Below, in pieces: positions 1 to 8,663 of a stretch of 64,000 bases of DNA. Within the stretch, counting starts at the first letter, position 1. Each line of letters starts with the position of its first letter. Source of the DNA: an uncultured Acidobacteriota bacterium (GTDB lineage: Bacteria > Actinomycetota > Acidimicrobiia > Spongiisociales > ZC4RG35); contig CAWILU010000006.1 in assembly GCA_963837055.1 (NCBI GenBank), positions 100,591 through 164,590 of the forward strand, written 5' to 3'. The notes beneath the pieces are model-generated. The model worked only from the letters and a program-made list of their open reading frames with translations, did not search any database and had not been told where the DNA came from. The translations under genes and the position numbers were made by a program.

Positions 1-745
1 GGAGAGCGCCGGGAAGAGTGTCGAGTGCGTCCCCGCCGATCATCTCGACCTCGAGCCCTGCCATCATCTCGAGTGCTGCCCTGAGCCGCTGCCTCCGCTC
101 GACGCGCTCGGGCCAGATCAGTGCCTCGAGCCAGCGACGGGCGTCCTCGTCAGACGGATCGAGCGGGTTGAGATCCAGCCCTAAGCGACTGAGCACGTCG
201 AGGTCGTGCACCTGCACCGACCGGCCGCGGGATCCCGCTTCGAGGACCAAAGCCGAGTCGGGGTGCCATTCCACGTCGTCCCACCGATACCCATACACGT
301 CCATGCCGAGATTGAGCCCGGCGCTGGCGCCGACATCGATCAGATGAAATGAATCGAACCCCGCCATCATCACCATCGGGAGGAGAGCGACGCACCGCCG
401 GCACTCGTTCGTCTGGGTGTACCGGGTGTTGCCCATCTCGACGATCTCCTCTTCGTGGTCGAGCACGAACTGGCGGAACTCCGGGCCGACCCCATCCGGT
501 GGGTTTGGGTCGGCAACCACCGATCGGTAATACCAGGAGAGCGGGTCGTCCGACCCATCCATGAGCAGGCACTGGACGGCGGCGAACATGAGATTGGGCG
601 GCGGGAGGTGCTCGATCCGGTTCATCACCCTGAGCAGCTCGGGATCTGCCGCGACCACCTCGACCAGCTCGGAGTAGAGGGGCGACCCGTGGGTGTGTTT
701 GCCCCAGTCCCGCAGATACTCCGCGTCCACAAGGGGCTTGGGCAC
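1..745 (-). CDS. DUF2332 family protein (partial, runs off the left edge)
   Basis: Manual minus-strand translation from the GTG at 745, which overlaps the rnhA stop: MPKPLVDAEYLRDWGKH...RYTQTNECRRC...LIDVGASAGLNLGMDVYGY. TQTNE and GASAGLNL are DUF2332 motifs. Absent from the ORF track because it has no stop in the window. Confidence 0.75.
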   Translation of the reverse strand, partial: MPKPLVDAEYLRDWGKHTHGSPLYSELVEVVAADPELLRVMNRIEHLPPPNLMFAAVQCLLMDGSDDPLSWYYRSVVADPNPPDGVGPEFRQFVLDHEEEIVEMGNTRYTQTNECRRCVALLPMVMMAGFDSFHLIDVGASAGLNLGMDVYGYRWDDVEWHPDSALVLEAGSRGRSVQVHDLDVLSRLGLDLNPLDPSDEDARRWLEALIWPERVERRQRLRAALEMMAGLEVEMIGGDALDTLPGAL

Positions 746-1398
746 TAATGCACCTGGCGGCGATACGAAGTGGCCAGGGCGTCGGCGTACTCGTTCCAGC
801 GGTAGCCGCTGTGCGCCTTGATCCACTGGATGCGAGCCTTCGGCCGTTGCTTGCGGAGGGCATAGGCCTCCTTGACCAGGTCGAGGTTTGCAATCGGGCC
901 GGATGACTTCTTGGTCCAACCGCGGGCCTCCCAACCGGCCGCCCACTGAGTCACGATGTTGACGATGAGCTGGGAATCGGTGTACACGTCGACCGGGGTG
1001 TCGGGAGGGATCATCCGGAGCCCTGCGATCAAGGCGGTCAGCTCCATCTTGTTGTTCGTGGTGTGCGGGTCGGCGCCTTGCGCCTCATCGACCACCTCCC
1101 CGTCGACGACGTACACCGCGCCCCATCCTCCCGGCCCGGGATTGCCCTCGGAGGCGCCGTCGGTGAAGACCCCGCTCTCAGGGCCGTCGGTAAAGGAAGC
1201 GAGGACTTCAGCAACCGTGAGATCCCTGGTCTTGGTACTGCTCGCCGGCTTCGGGCTGCGGGCCGGCCCGCTCGACGTGGCGGATCGCCCACCGCCATCC
1301 CGGCAATCCATGCATTGGCGAGGGACCCAACCTGGATAGCGATCGAGCACCGATTGGCTCAATTCGAACTCCTGCCCACAGGTCTGACAGGTGAACAC
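745..1398 (-). CDS. rnhA: Ribonuclease HI with N-terminal CxxC...CxxC zinc ribbon
   Basis: Catalytic motifs FTDGASEGNPGPGGWG, TNNKMEL, YTDSQL and WIKAHSG..NEYADALA; N-terminus CQTC-x21-CMDC followed by a Ser/Pro-rich linker. Confidence 0.9.
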   Translation of the reverse strand: MFTCQTCGQEFELSQSVLDRYPGWVPRQCMDCRDGGGRSATSSGPARSPKPASSTKTRDLTVAEVLASFTDGPESGVFTDGASEGNPGPGGWGAVYVVDGEVVDEAQGADPHTTNNKMELTALIAGLRMIPPDTPVDVYTDSQLIVNIVTQWAAGWEARGWTKKSSGPIANLDLVKEAYALRKQRPKARIQWIKAHSGYRWNEYADALATSYRRQVH

Positions 1399-1401
1399 CG
1401 C

Positions 1402-1992
1402 CTAGACCTTTCCGTCCTTGGAGAACCGAGAGATGAACTGAGGTGACTTCAACAAGTTGAACTCGTGATGGGTCTCGGTGAGCCCGTTCGGCTCCATGAG
1501 ACGGCGGACCTTCGAAGGGGTCAGCCGGTGGCAATGGACCGTCGTGGCTTTGAACGGGGTCCCGTAGAGGATCACCGAGGTGGGGATGGCGAACAGGCCC
1601 TGAATCGGCTCGGCCGGGTAGATATGCAGGGCTCTTCCTCCCGGCTTGAGCACCCTGGCCATCTCCGAAGCCGCCTCGTCGAGCGGGGGGATGTGCTCGA
1701 TGGCATGGACCGAGAGAACGGCATCGAACTCGCCGTCGTCGAATGCGAGTTCCTCGGCCATCATGTGCACCACCCGATTGGACCCGGAGACTTCGGGGGC
1801 GTTGGGGTTGGCGTCGATCCCGATCACGTCGATCCCTCTGGCGGCGAGCCGAGTCGTGAGATGCCCCTGGCCGCAACCAACCTCCAGTACCCGCTCACCG
1901 GGCCGCAAGGGCAGCAATCGGTCGATCCGCTTCAGATGGGACGGATCCCAGCGGTTGACCAGCGCATAACGACGTGAGTCGTAGTCGGACAT
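1402..1992 (-). CDS. Class I SAM-dependent methyltransferase
   Basis: VLEVGCGQG motif I, DGEFDAV and ARVLKPGG. Confidence 0.85.
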   Translation of the reverse strand: MSDYDSRRYALVNRWDPSHLKRIDRLLPLRPGERVLEVGCGQGHLTTRLAARGIDVIGIDANPNAPEVSGSNRVVHMMAEELAFDDGEFDAVLSVHAIEHIPPLDEAASEMARVLKPGGRALHIYPAEPIQGLFAIPTSVILYGTPFKATTVHCHRLTPSKVRRLMEPNGLTETHHEFNLLKSPQFISRFSKDGKV

Positions 1993-2002
1993 CGACGGGA
2001 GG

Positions 2003-3235
2003 CTAGGAGAGGCCTTCGAGATGGGCCGAAACCGCGTAGTCCAAGAGGAGAGGCCCGTCGGCGGTCAGCGCCACGTGGGTGACGGCGGTGTTGGCCGGGG
2101 TGTACAGCGACTCGGAGTGCGAGTCCGTCGTACTGGTCAGAGAGGAAACGTAGGCCCGGATCGCCCCGCCGTGGGCCACCACCAGTGTCGGCTCCCCGAT
2201 GACCGGCTCGAGGCCATGGATCGCCGCCCGGAAGCGACCGGTGAGCTCACCCCAGCTCTCCCCGATCTCCCCTCGCTTCAGGTCGACGCCATCGCGATAG
2301 ATCGTTCCCATCAGGTCGGGCCACGCCTCGTAGATCTCATCTGAGGTGAGGCCTTCCCACTTGCCCATGTCGAGCTCCTTGAGCCCGTCGACGGTGCTCA
2401 TCCCATTCGAGGCGACGTACTCAGCGGTGGACAGGGCGCGCCCCAACGGCGAGGTGTAGACGGTTTCGGCCGTGCCATACCAATCGCGCAGAGCTCGCGC
2501 CTGGCGGTGCCCGAGATCGTCGAGACCCCAGTCTCCTTGGCCCTGCCACCGCCCCTCGGTGTTGGCCCGGGTCTGGCCGTGGCGGATCAGCGCCAGGACC
2601 GGCTCACCCTTCTCCAGGTGCTCGCTCACCGCCGTGGAGCGGGGCCCGAAATGGGCCAGGTCGTTGAAGCCGGCAAGACGAGGCCGATCGAAGGACCAGA
2701 CCAGCCTGGTCAGAGACGTGTTGCCGGCGAAGCTGTGCACCCGATGACCCCGGTTCGCCAGATGGCGGTGCAGCACCTCCTGGATGAACCCCCCGTGAGT
2801 GACCACGGCCGCCCGACCCTCTTCACCGATATCGGCGGCGAGAGCGTCGATGGCTCCGATGGCACGTCGGTGCAGATCCTCGAGGCTCTCCCCGTTCATC
2901 CCCATCGGGAGCCGGCGGTCGCGGATCGCCTCTTTCAAGTAGTCGCCGTCCTCGGAGAAGATCTGCTCCCGAGACTTGCCCTCCCATCGGCCGATGTCGA
3001 GCTCGGCCAACTGATCCCAGATCTCGAAGTCGGAGGTGAAAGAGGAAGCAGTGCGTCGGGCCCGCTCCAGGGGGGAGCACACCACGACATCGAATTTCCG
3101 ATCATGAAGCCGTTTGCCGATGGCGTCGAGGCTGGTCTCCCCTGAAGAGCTGAGCGGCCCGTCGATCTGGCCGTTCCAGACACCATCGATGTTCGCCTGC
3201 GACTCGGCGTGGCGGATGAGGGTTATTTCGGTCAT
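2003..3235 (-). CDS. Tandem two-domain histidine phosphatase family protein
   Basis: Two RH motifs (LIRHAES, LIRHGQT), each followed by SPL.RA, ELD.G.WEG and V.HGG; start placed at MTEITLIRH (3235). Confidence 0.85.
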   Translation of the reverse strand: MTEITLIRHAESQANIDGVWNGQIDGPLSSSGETSLDAIGKRLHDRKFDVVVCSPLERARRTASSFTSDFEIWDQLAELDIGRWEGKSREQIFSEDGDYLKEAIRDRRLPMGMNGESLEDLHRRAIGAIDALAADIGEEGRAAVVTHGGFIQEVLHRHLANRGHRVHSFAGNTSLTRLVWSFDRPRLAGFNDLAHFGPRSTAVSEHLEKGEPVLALIRHGQTRANTEGRWQGQGDWGLDDLGHRQARALRDWYGTAETVYTSPLGRALSTAEYVASNGMSTVDGLKELDMGKWEGLTSDEIYEAWPDLMGTIYRDGVDLKRGEIGESWGELTGRFRAAIHGLEPVIGEPTLVVAHGGAIRAYVSSLTSTTDSHSESLYTPANTAVTHVALTADGPLLLDYAVSAHLEGLS

Positions 3236-3330
3236 GGGTCTCTGGTTGTGGGTGGTGGGTCGCGGGAAGGCGCCAGTCATCATCTCAGTACCCACCACTC
3301 AGAACCCAAAACCGAGCGGACGTAGTCCGC

Positions 3331-5382
3331 TCACCCGATGAAGGCGGAAGCGAATATCAAAGACACGATCGTCATCACCTTGATGACGATGTTCATCGCG
3401 GGCCCCGAGGTGTCCTTGAACGGGTCTCCCACCATGTCGCCGATCACCGCAGCCAAGTGACTGTCCGATCCCTTGCCTCCAAACGCCCCCGACTCGATGA
3501 ATTTCTTGGCGCTGTCCCAGGCGCCCCCGGCATTGGCCATGAATATGGCAAGGAGGAACCCGGTGACCAAAGCGCCGGCCAGCACCCCACCCAGCGCCTC
3601 GACATCGATGAAACCTACGGCGAGGGGCAGGGCAATAGCGAGCGAGGCGGGGATGACCATTTCTCTGAGGGCACCGGTGGCTGCGATATCGACACAGGAG
3701 TTGTAGTCGGGCTTCACGCCACGTTCACCCTCTTTCAGGCCCGGAATCTCATCGAATTGGCGGCGCACCTCGTCGATCATCTTGTTGGCCGCCCGGCCCA
3801 CCGCGTTCAGGGTCAATGCTGCGAACAGAAACGGAAACATGGCGCCGACGAAGAGTCCGATCGCGGTCGGGACGCGGGAGACATCGATCTGCTCCAAGCC
3901 GGCAGCCTCGGTGAAGGCGGCGAAGAGAGCCAGGGCCGTGACCGCGGCCGAGCCCATGGCGAATCCCTTGGCGACCGCCGCGGTGGTGTTGCCCAGCGAG
4001 TCGAGGGCGTCAGTCGCTTCCCTGACCTCCTCGGGCAGGTGCGCCATCTGGGCGATGCCACCGGCGTTGTCGGCGATCGGGCCGTAGGCGTCGACCGAGA
4101 CGATTATTCCGACCGTGGCGAGAACGCCGATGGCGGCGATGGCGACTCCGTAGATCCCGCCTCCGTCGCCCAGTGCCCAGTCACCGGCGAAATACGAGGC
4201 CCCGATTCCCGCGGCAACCACGATCACCGAATAGGCGGCCGACTTCATCCCTTCGGCGACTCCCGAGATGATCACGGTCGCCGGGCCTGTCTGGGCCTGC
4301 CTGGCGATCTCTTTGACCTTCTTGTGCTCGTCGGAGGTGAACCACTCGGAGATCTTGCCGACCAGCCAGCCCACGACGAGGCCGGCGAGAACTGCGAGCC
4401 CGATCCCCACAGGATTCTCGGCGACATCGCCGAACACCCAGTAGGCGAGACCGACCACGCCGACGGCGGTCGTGATCAGCGCGAAATTGGTGCCCCGCCG
4501 GAGAGCGGCTCCTGGCTCTTCGCTCCTCGCCGCGACCAGGAACGACCCCACGATGGCGGCGAGCATCCCCAGCGCCCCCACGGCCAGGGGAAAGATGATC
4601 GCCTCCTCTACGAATGGAGACGAGCCAAATACGAGGGCGGCATAGGTCACCGGGGCGACCATGGAGCCGACGTACGACTCGAACAGGTCGGCCCCCATCC
4701 CGGCCACATCACCGACGTTGTCACCGACGTTGTCGGCGATGACCGCCGGGTTGCGGGGATCGTCCTCGGGGATGCCCGCCTCGACCTTGCCTACCAGGTC
4801 GGCACCGACATCGGCCGCCTTGGTGAAGATCCCTCCGCCGACCCGGGCGAAGAGAGCGATCGAGGACCCGCCGAGAGCGATGGCGACGATGATCTCCGCC
4901 CATTCATCGAGGTCCAACAGCCGGTTGAAGATAAGGAAGCCGAAGCCGACCCCGAGCAGGCCGAACCCGGCCACAGTGAATCCCATCACCGCGCCTCCTC
5001 TGAAGGCGAGCGGGAGAGCGGCGGCGACACCGCCGGTGCGGGCCGCCTCGGTGGTGCGGGAGTTGGCCTGGGTGGCGATCCTCATCCCGAAATAGCCGGC
5101 GGCGCCGGAGAGCAGGGCCCCGAACACGTAGGCGACTGCTCCCCAAGGCCTACCCCAATCGAGCAGAACGCTGATCAGGATGGCCATGACGACGACGAAG
5201 GCCGCCACCCAGAGATACTCCCGGCGGAGAAAGGTCATCGCCCCGTCCCGGATCGCATCGGAGAGCTCGATCATCCGTTGGTTGCCCCGGGGCGCTGCCA
5301 ACACCGCTCGGGCGTAGAGAACGGCCAGAAGCAGGGCAGCCACACCCGCGCCAAGCGCGCCGTACAGGATCAGATCCGACAC
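3331..5382 (-). CDS. hppA: Membrane-bound ion-translocating pyrophosphatase, K+-dependent Na+-type signature
   Basis: GGIFTKAADVGADLVGKVEAGIPEDDPRNPAVIADNVGDNVGDVAGMGADLFESY, GNTTAA and GDPFKDTSGP motifs; many TM segments; GTG start at 5382. Confidence 0.93.
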   Translation of the reverse strand: MSDLILYGALGAGVAALLLAVLYARAVLAAPRGNQRMIELSDAIRDGAMTFLRREYLWVAAFVVVMAILISVLLDWGRPWGAVAYVFGALLSGAAGYFGMRIATQANSRTTEAARTGGVAAALPLAFRGGAVMGFTVAGFGLLGVGFGFLIFNRLLDLDEWAEIIVAIALGGSSIALFARVGGGIFTKAADVGADLVGKVEAGIPEDDPRNPAVIADNVGDNVGDVAGMGADLFESYVGSMVAPVTYAALVFGSSPFVEEAIIFPLAVGALGMLAAIVGSFLVAARSEEPGAALRRGTNFALITTAVGVVGLAYWVFGDVAENPVGIGLAVLAGLVVGWLVGKISEWFTSDEHKKVKEIARQAQTGPATVIISGVAEGMKSAAYSVIVVAAGIGASYFAGDWALGDGGGIYGVAIAAIGVLATVGIIVSVDAYGPIADNAGGIAQMAHLPEEVREATDALDSLGNTTAAVAKGFAMGSAAVTALALFAAFTEAAGLEQIDVSRVPTAIGLFVGAMFPFLFAALTLNAVGRAANKMIDEVRRQFDEIPGLKEGERGVKPDYNSCVDIAATGALREMVIPASLAIALPLAVGFIDVEALGGVLAGALVTGFLLAIFMANAGGAWDSAKKFIESGAFGGKGSDSHLAAVIGDMVGDPFKDTSGPAMNIVIKVMTIVSLIFASAFIG

Positions 5383-5520
5383 AGGGGGGCGGGATTGTAG
5401 GTACCGACCTCTTCCGTATTGCGGGCCTTGCAAATGGGAGACCTGCTTCGAGAACGGGATCGGCTACCGGCCCATCTGGCCATGGGACACGGCTTAGGGC
5501 AGCGTTAGTGTCTCCGCCGC

Positions 5521-5906
5521 ATGAAGGTGGCCATCCGAACCCTGACGATCGCCCTGCTGCTGGCTGTTCCGCTGCCCGCGTTGGCTCACGGCGACCACGA
5601 CGCCCGCCCCCTCCTCCGCCACGCCCCCGTTGGCCCTTACACCGTTTCTCTCTGGCAGGTCTACCCCGATGTCGGGTCGGCGATGACCCCACACCTCATC
5701 GTGATGTTCGGCTCACGGTCCCGACCAGCTTCCTCCAGCCGTTCATCCCCCGACCGGAGCTGCACCTGGTCTACAACCTGATCGTGTTCATCCCGATGAT
5801 CGTGGCGATGTGGCTGCATACCCGAACGTCACAGGATCCCTTTAACGACTGCAACTGCGCCGCCCCGCCGGTGGAGAGAGCCAAGGCCGGCCTGGCCAGC
5901 GCCTGA
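5521..5906 (+). pseudogene. Frameshifted or deletion-fused gene: secreted-protein N-terminus joined to a membrane-protein C-terminus
   Basis: One frame gives a signal peptide (MKVAIRTLTIALLLAVPLPALA-HGDH). After about 5710 the protein-like text continues in another frame (LTVPTSFLQPFIPRPELHLVYNLIVFIPMIVAMWLH). Confidence 0.45.
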
Positions 5907-5968
5907 GGTCCACCGGGTGACCGGCCCGGACGTCGGATTCTGTCCCAGCCTGCCGATACGTTGCGGCC

Positions 5969-6670
5969 ATGAGGGAATGCAGTGTTAAGGGTTGCGAACG
6001 TCTGGCCTTAACCCGTGGTCTCTGCCAGATGCACTATCGCCGCATCCTCCGGACCGGTGACATAGGACCGCCGGGTTCTAGGAGGCAGAGAGGCATCTGT
6101 TCAGTTGTCGTATGTGACAAACAAGTCGATGCCAGGGATCTCTGCCACGGCCACTATCAGCGCCTGCTTCGCCACGGGCACGTGGGAGACGCGCCTCTGA
6201 GGTCATCGGGACGGCTCTGCTCGGTGCCAGGTTGCGGCAGACCGCACAAGGCGCAGGGATACTGCGCTGCTCACTACAAGCGGGTTCTCGCTACGGGTGA
6301 TCCTCAACCCGAACGGCCCATCCGAGAGGTCAGCGGGGAGGGCGGTTCAAGCCACGGGTATTGGCAGATTCCCGTGCCAGCAGGACTTACGATACCTCGT
6401 TGGGGGTTCACCTTCGGTCGGTGAACATCGACTGGTCATGGCCTTGCACCTCGGTCGCCCACTTCGATCAGACGAGGTGGTCCATCACCGAAATGGGAAC
6501 CGAGCCGACAACCGAATCGAGAACCTGGAGCTTTGGCTCACCTCCCACCCCAGGGTCAGCGGGTCGAAGACGTCGTTGCATTCAGCATCGAGATGTCGGC
6601 CAGGTATGCGACGGAGATAGGAGCGTGGGTTGCGATCGAGATACGGGCAGCACCAGTTCTATCAGGTTAG
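5969..6670 (+). CDS. HNH endonuclease with three N-terminal C-x4-C-x9-C-x2-H repeats (two apparent indels, about 6380 and 6553)
   Basis: CSVKGC..CQMHY, CSVVVC..CHGHY and CSVPGC..CAAHY; HNH core [26 protein letters not shown] in the shifted frame; the tail [10 protein letters not shown] returns to the original frame and stops at 6670. Confidence 0.75.
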
Positions 6671-6695
6671 CTGAGCCCTGAAAACCAAAATACAA

Positions 6696-6771
6696 TGGCA
6701 GTCCCGAGCGGGTTCGAACCGCCGTTTCCGGCTTGAGAGGCCGGCGTCCTAGACCACTAGACGACGGGACC
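6696..6771 (-). tRNA. tRNA-Glu (anticodon CTC)
   Basis: Reverse complement GGTCCCGTCGTCTAGTGG...CCGGC-CT-CTC-AA-GCCGG...GGTTCGAACCC...GGGACTGCCA; cloverleaf, 76 nt, encoded CCA. Confidence 0.97.
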
Positions 6772-6797
6772 AGGTTGGGGCCGACACCTGCCGACCC

Positions 6798-6872
6798 TGG
6801 CTCGGGGGGAAGGACTCGAACCCTCAATAACAGGGCCAGAACCTGCCGTGTTACCTATTACACCACCCCCGA
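6798..6872 (-). tRNA. tRNA-Gln (anticodon CTG)
   Basis: Reverse complement TCGGGGGTGGTGTAATAGG...GCAGG-TT-CTG-GC-CCTGT...GGTTCGAGTCC...GAGCCA; 75 nt, encoded CCA; tandem upstream of tRNA-Glu. Confidence 0.95.
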
Positions 6873-7358
6873 ACGCGCAAACCCGAAGGCGATGCGGGGT
6901 AGGGAACAGAGGATAATCGACAGCAGGACCAGTGCGAAGTCGACCTCGGGGACCAATACGGGCTGGCAGTCGCCTCCGCCCGCACCGTGACCGGCTCGCC
7001 TTGCCTGAACCAACATGTTGTTCGGCTTGGTGATTACCTGTCGGATGGCGGGCTCAGACTCACCTGTCAGCTCCCGGGCTTGACTGAGAAGCGCTGTGGG
7101 CCCTCGGTCGTCGAGGGCGTGTGCCCCGTAGCTCGGCAACTCCAATTCTCTTGACTGGACGCACGCTCCGACAGGATGTAGGTTCGGCGAGGTCCCCACC
7201 GTGGGGGCGGCTGTAACTGGTCGCCGTCACGGTTGAGATGCGATAACCCCCGAGCTGTCGAACCACTTCGGAACGGACTGGTCGGGGGTTTGTCGCGCTA
7301 CACCTTCGCTTGCATCAGCGCGCGTGTGCACCCTGTGGCGACTCAAGGAGAAGAGATC

Positions 7359-7889
7359 ATGGAGAGAACGCCGGATCGTGAGATGGAAACAGACCTCCGC
7401 CAAGGAGCCGGAAGGGAATGGATGGAGGAGGCTGCCGAGGACGAGAGACTCACCGAGCTGTTGCGACGAAGAAAGCTCGACCTGGGCGGGCGCGCCATCG
7501 AGATCGTCCATAAGGGTGAAAGGGTTCGCGCCGAGATTGGCGCACACACTTTCTCGGGTCATCTGGTGTACGCCGGGGCGGACTTCGCCACCGTGGACCG
7601 GGGCGACGACATGGTGGAAGTCGTCTTCGCGGCCGCGGTCTGGACGCTCGAGCGGACTGACTCGGGTGGCCACGACCAGAGCGGCGACCCGCTCACCTTT
7701 CGGGCCCGGCTCTCCGAGATCTCGGCTTCCGGGGAGTCGGTGCGGATGATCGTCTCGGATGGGAAGGCGATCGTGGGATCGATCGAGCTGGTGGCGACGG
7801 ATCACGTCGAGGTGATCCAGGACGGGAACAGCCTCGTCGTCCCGCTCCGTTTGATTGTCGCGGTGGTCCGCTCTACGTCTCGCTTCTGA
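7359..7889 (+). CDS. Hypothetical protein with two internally repeated beta-rich (Sm-like?) units
   Basis: SD-like AAGGAG before the ATG at 7359; repeat units GERVRAEIG..FSGHLVYAGADFATV and GESVRMIVSDG..IVGSIELVATDHVEV. Confidence 0.65.
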   Translation: MERTPDREMETDLRQGAGREWMEEAAEDERLTELLRRRKLDLGGRAIEIVHKGERVRAEIGAHTFSGHLVYAGADFATVDRGDDMVEVVFAAAVWTLERTDSGGHDQSGDPLTFRARLSEISASGESVRMIVSDGKAIVGSIELVATDHVEVIQDGNSLVVPLRLIVAVVRSTSRF

Positions 7890-8091
7890 CATCATCTCTC
7901 TCCGCGGACACCGGGTGGGACCGGACGAACTCATAGATCTCGTCCCGGAAGAACTTGAAGGTCCGGCCGCCGGGGAGTTTGTAGGCGGGCAACCGCCCCT
8001 CTCTCGCATAGCGCCTGACCATCTGAACGTTCATACCCAGCAACTCCGCTACCTGCGCCGCGTCGAGGATCGGGGGGTAGTCCTCAGCCAT
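7873..8091 (-). CDS. Small excisionase/BldC-like (MerR-type) helix-turn-helix DNA-binding protein
   Basis: 72 aa, LDAAQVAELLGMNVQMVRRYAREGRLPAYKLPGGRTFKF. Confidence 0.85.
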   Translation of the reverse strand: MAEDYPPILDAAQVAELLGMNVQMVRRYAREGRLPAYKLPGGRTFKFFRDEIYEFVRSHPVSAERDDVRSET

Positions 8092-8190
8092 CTGTCGTCC
8101 TCATCGTTACTCGAAACGAGAGTACGGCATCTGTCGATCGCTTGGAATGGGTTCGACCCGGCCACTCACCAGAGAACGTACGATCTACCG

Positions 8191-8568
8191 ATGACCAAGA
8201 CCGAGGTCCAGAGCTGGCTCGACCGCTACATCCTGGCGTGGCAGGCGAACACGACAACAGCCATCGAGGAGCTGTTCACCGAAGACGCCACATATCGCTT
8301 CCATCCCTACGACGAGGGTGATGAGATTGTCGTCGGCCGAGACCGGATAGTCGCCGCCTGGCTGGAGAAACCCGACGACCCGGGCGCCTGGGAGGCGGTC
8401 TATGAGGCATGGGCGGTGGACGGCGATCGCGGCGTGGGTGTTGGTACTAGTCGATATCTGGCGACGGCCGACAAGCCCGAGCGCATGTATAACAACTGCT
8501 TCCTGATGAAGTTCGCCGACGACGGGCGCTGCTCGGAGTTCACCGAGTACTACGTCCGTCAGCCGTAA
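8191..8568 (+). CDS. SnoaL/NTF2-like protein
   Basis: WLDRYILAW...LFTEDATY...GRDRIVAAW...F.DDGRCSEFTEYY. Confidence 0.85.
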   Translation: MTKTEVQSWLDRYILAWQANTTTAIEELFTEDATYRFHPYDEGDEIVVGRDRIVAAWLEKPDDPGAWEAVYEAWAVDGDRGVGVGTSRYLATADKPERMYNNCFLMKFADDGRCSEFTEYYVRQP

Positions 8569-8663
8569 AGGTCGGCTGCAAGATCCAACGCAAGGGGCGG
8601 TACCGAGATTCGCTGTCGGTCCGGCCACTTCACCCGCAAGGTCCTTATGTCGATATCGAGATC

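Noticed and set aside
3457-5400. Long antisense ORFs (for example 3457-5400, 23896-25413, 40083-41465, 54254-55573)
   Set aside because: These are shadow ORFs opposite well-supported genes, as expected from high-GC codon bias, and contain no motifs.
6858-7199. 113-aa minus-strand ORF upstream of tRNA-Gln
   Set aside because: Its stop lies inside the tRNA and it has no recognisable motif. It may hide a short real peptide, but I cannot support one.
5900-8100. Integrative element at tRNA-Glu/Gln (HNH on one side, Xis-like HTH on the other)
   Set aside because: No integrase and no duplicated tRNA 3' end (att) found. The HTH lies upstream of the tRNAs, where an integrated island would not normally sit.
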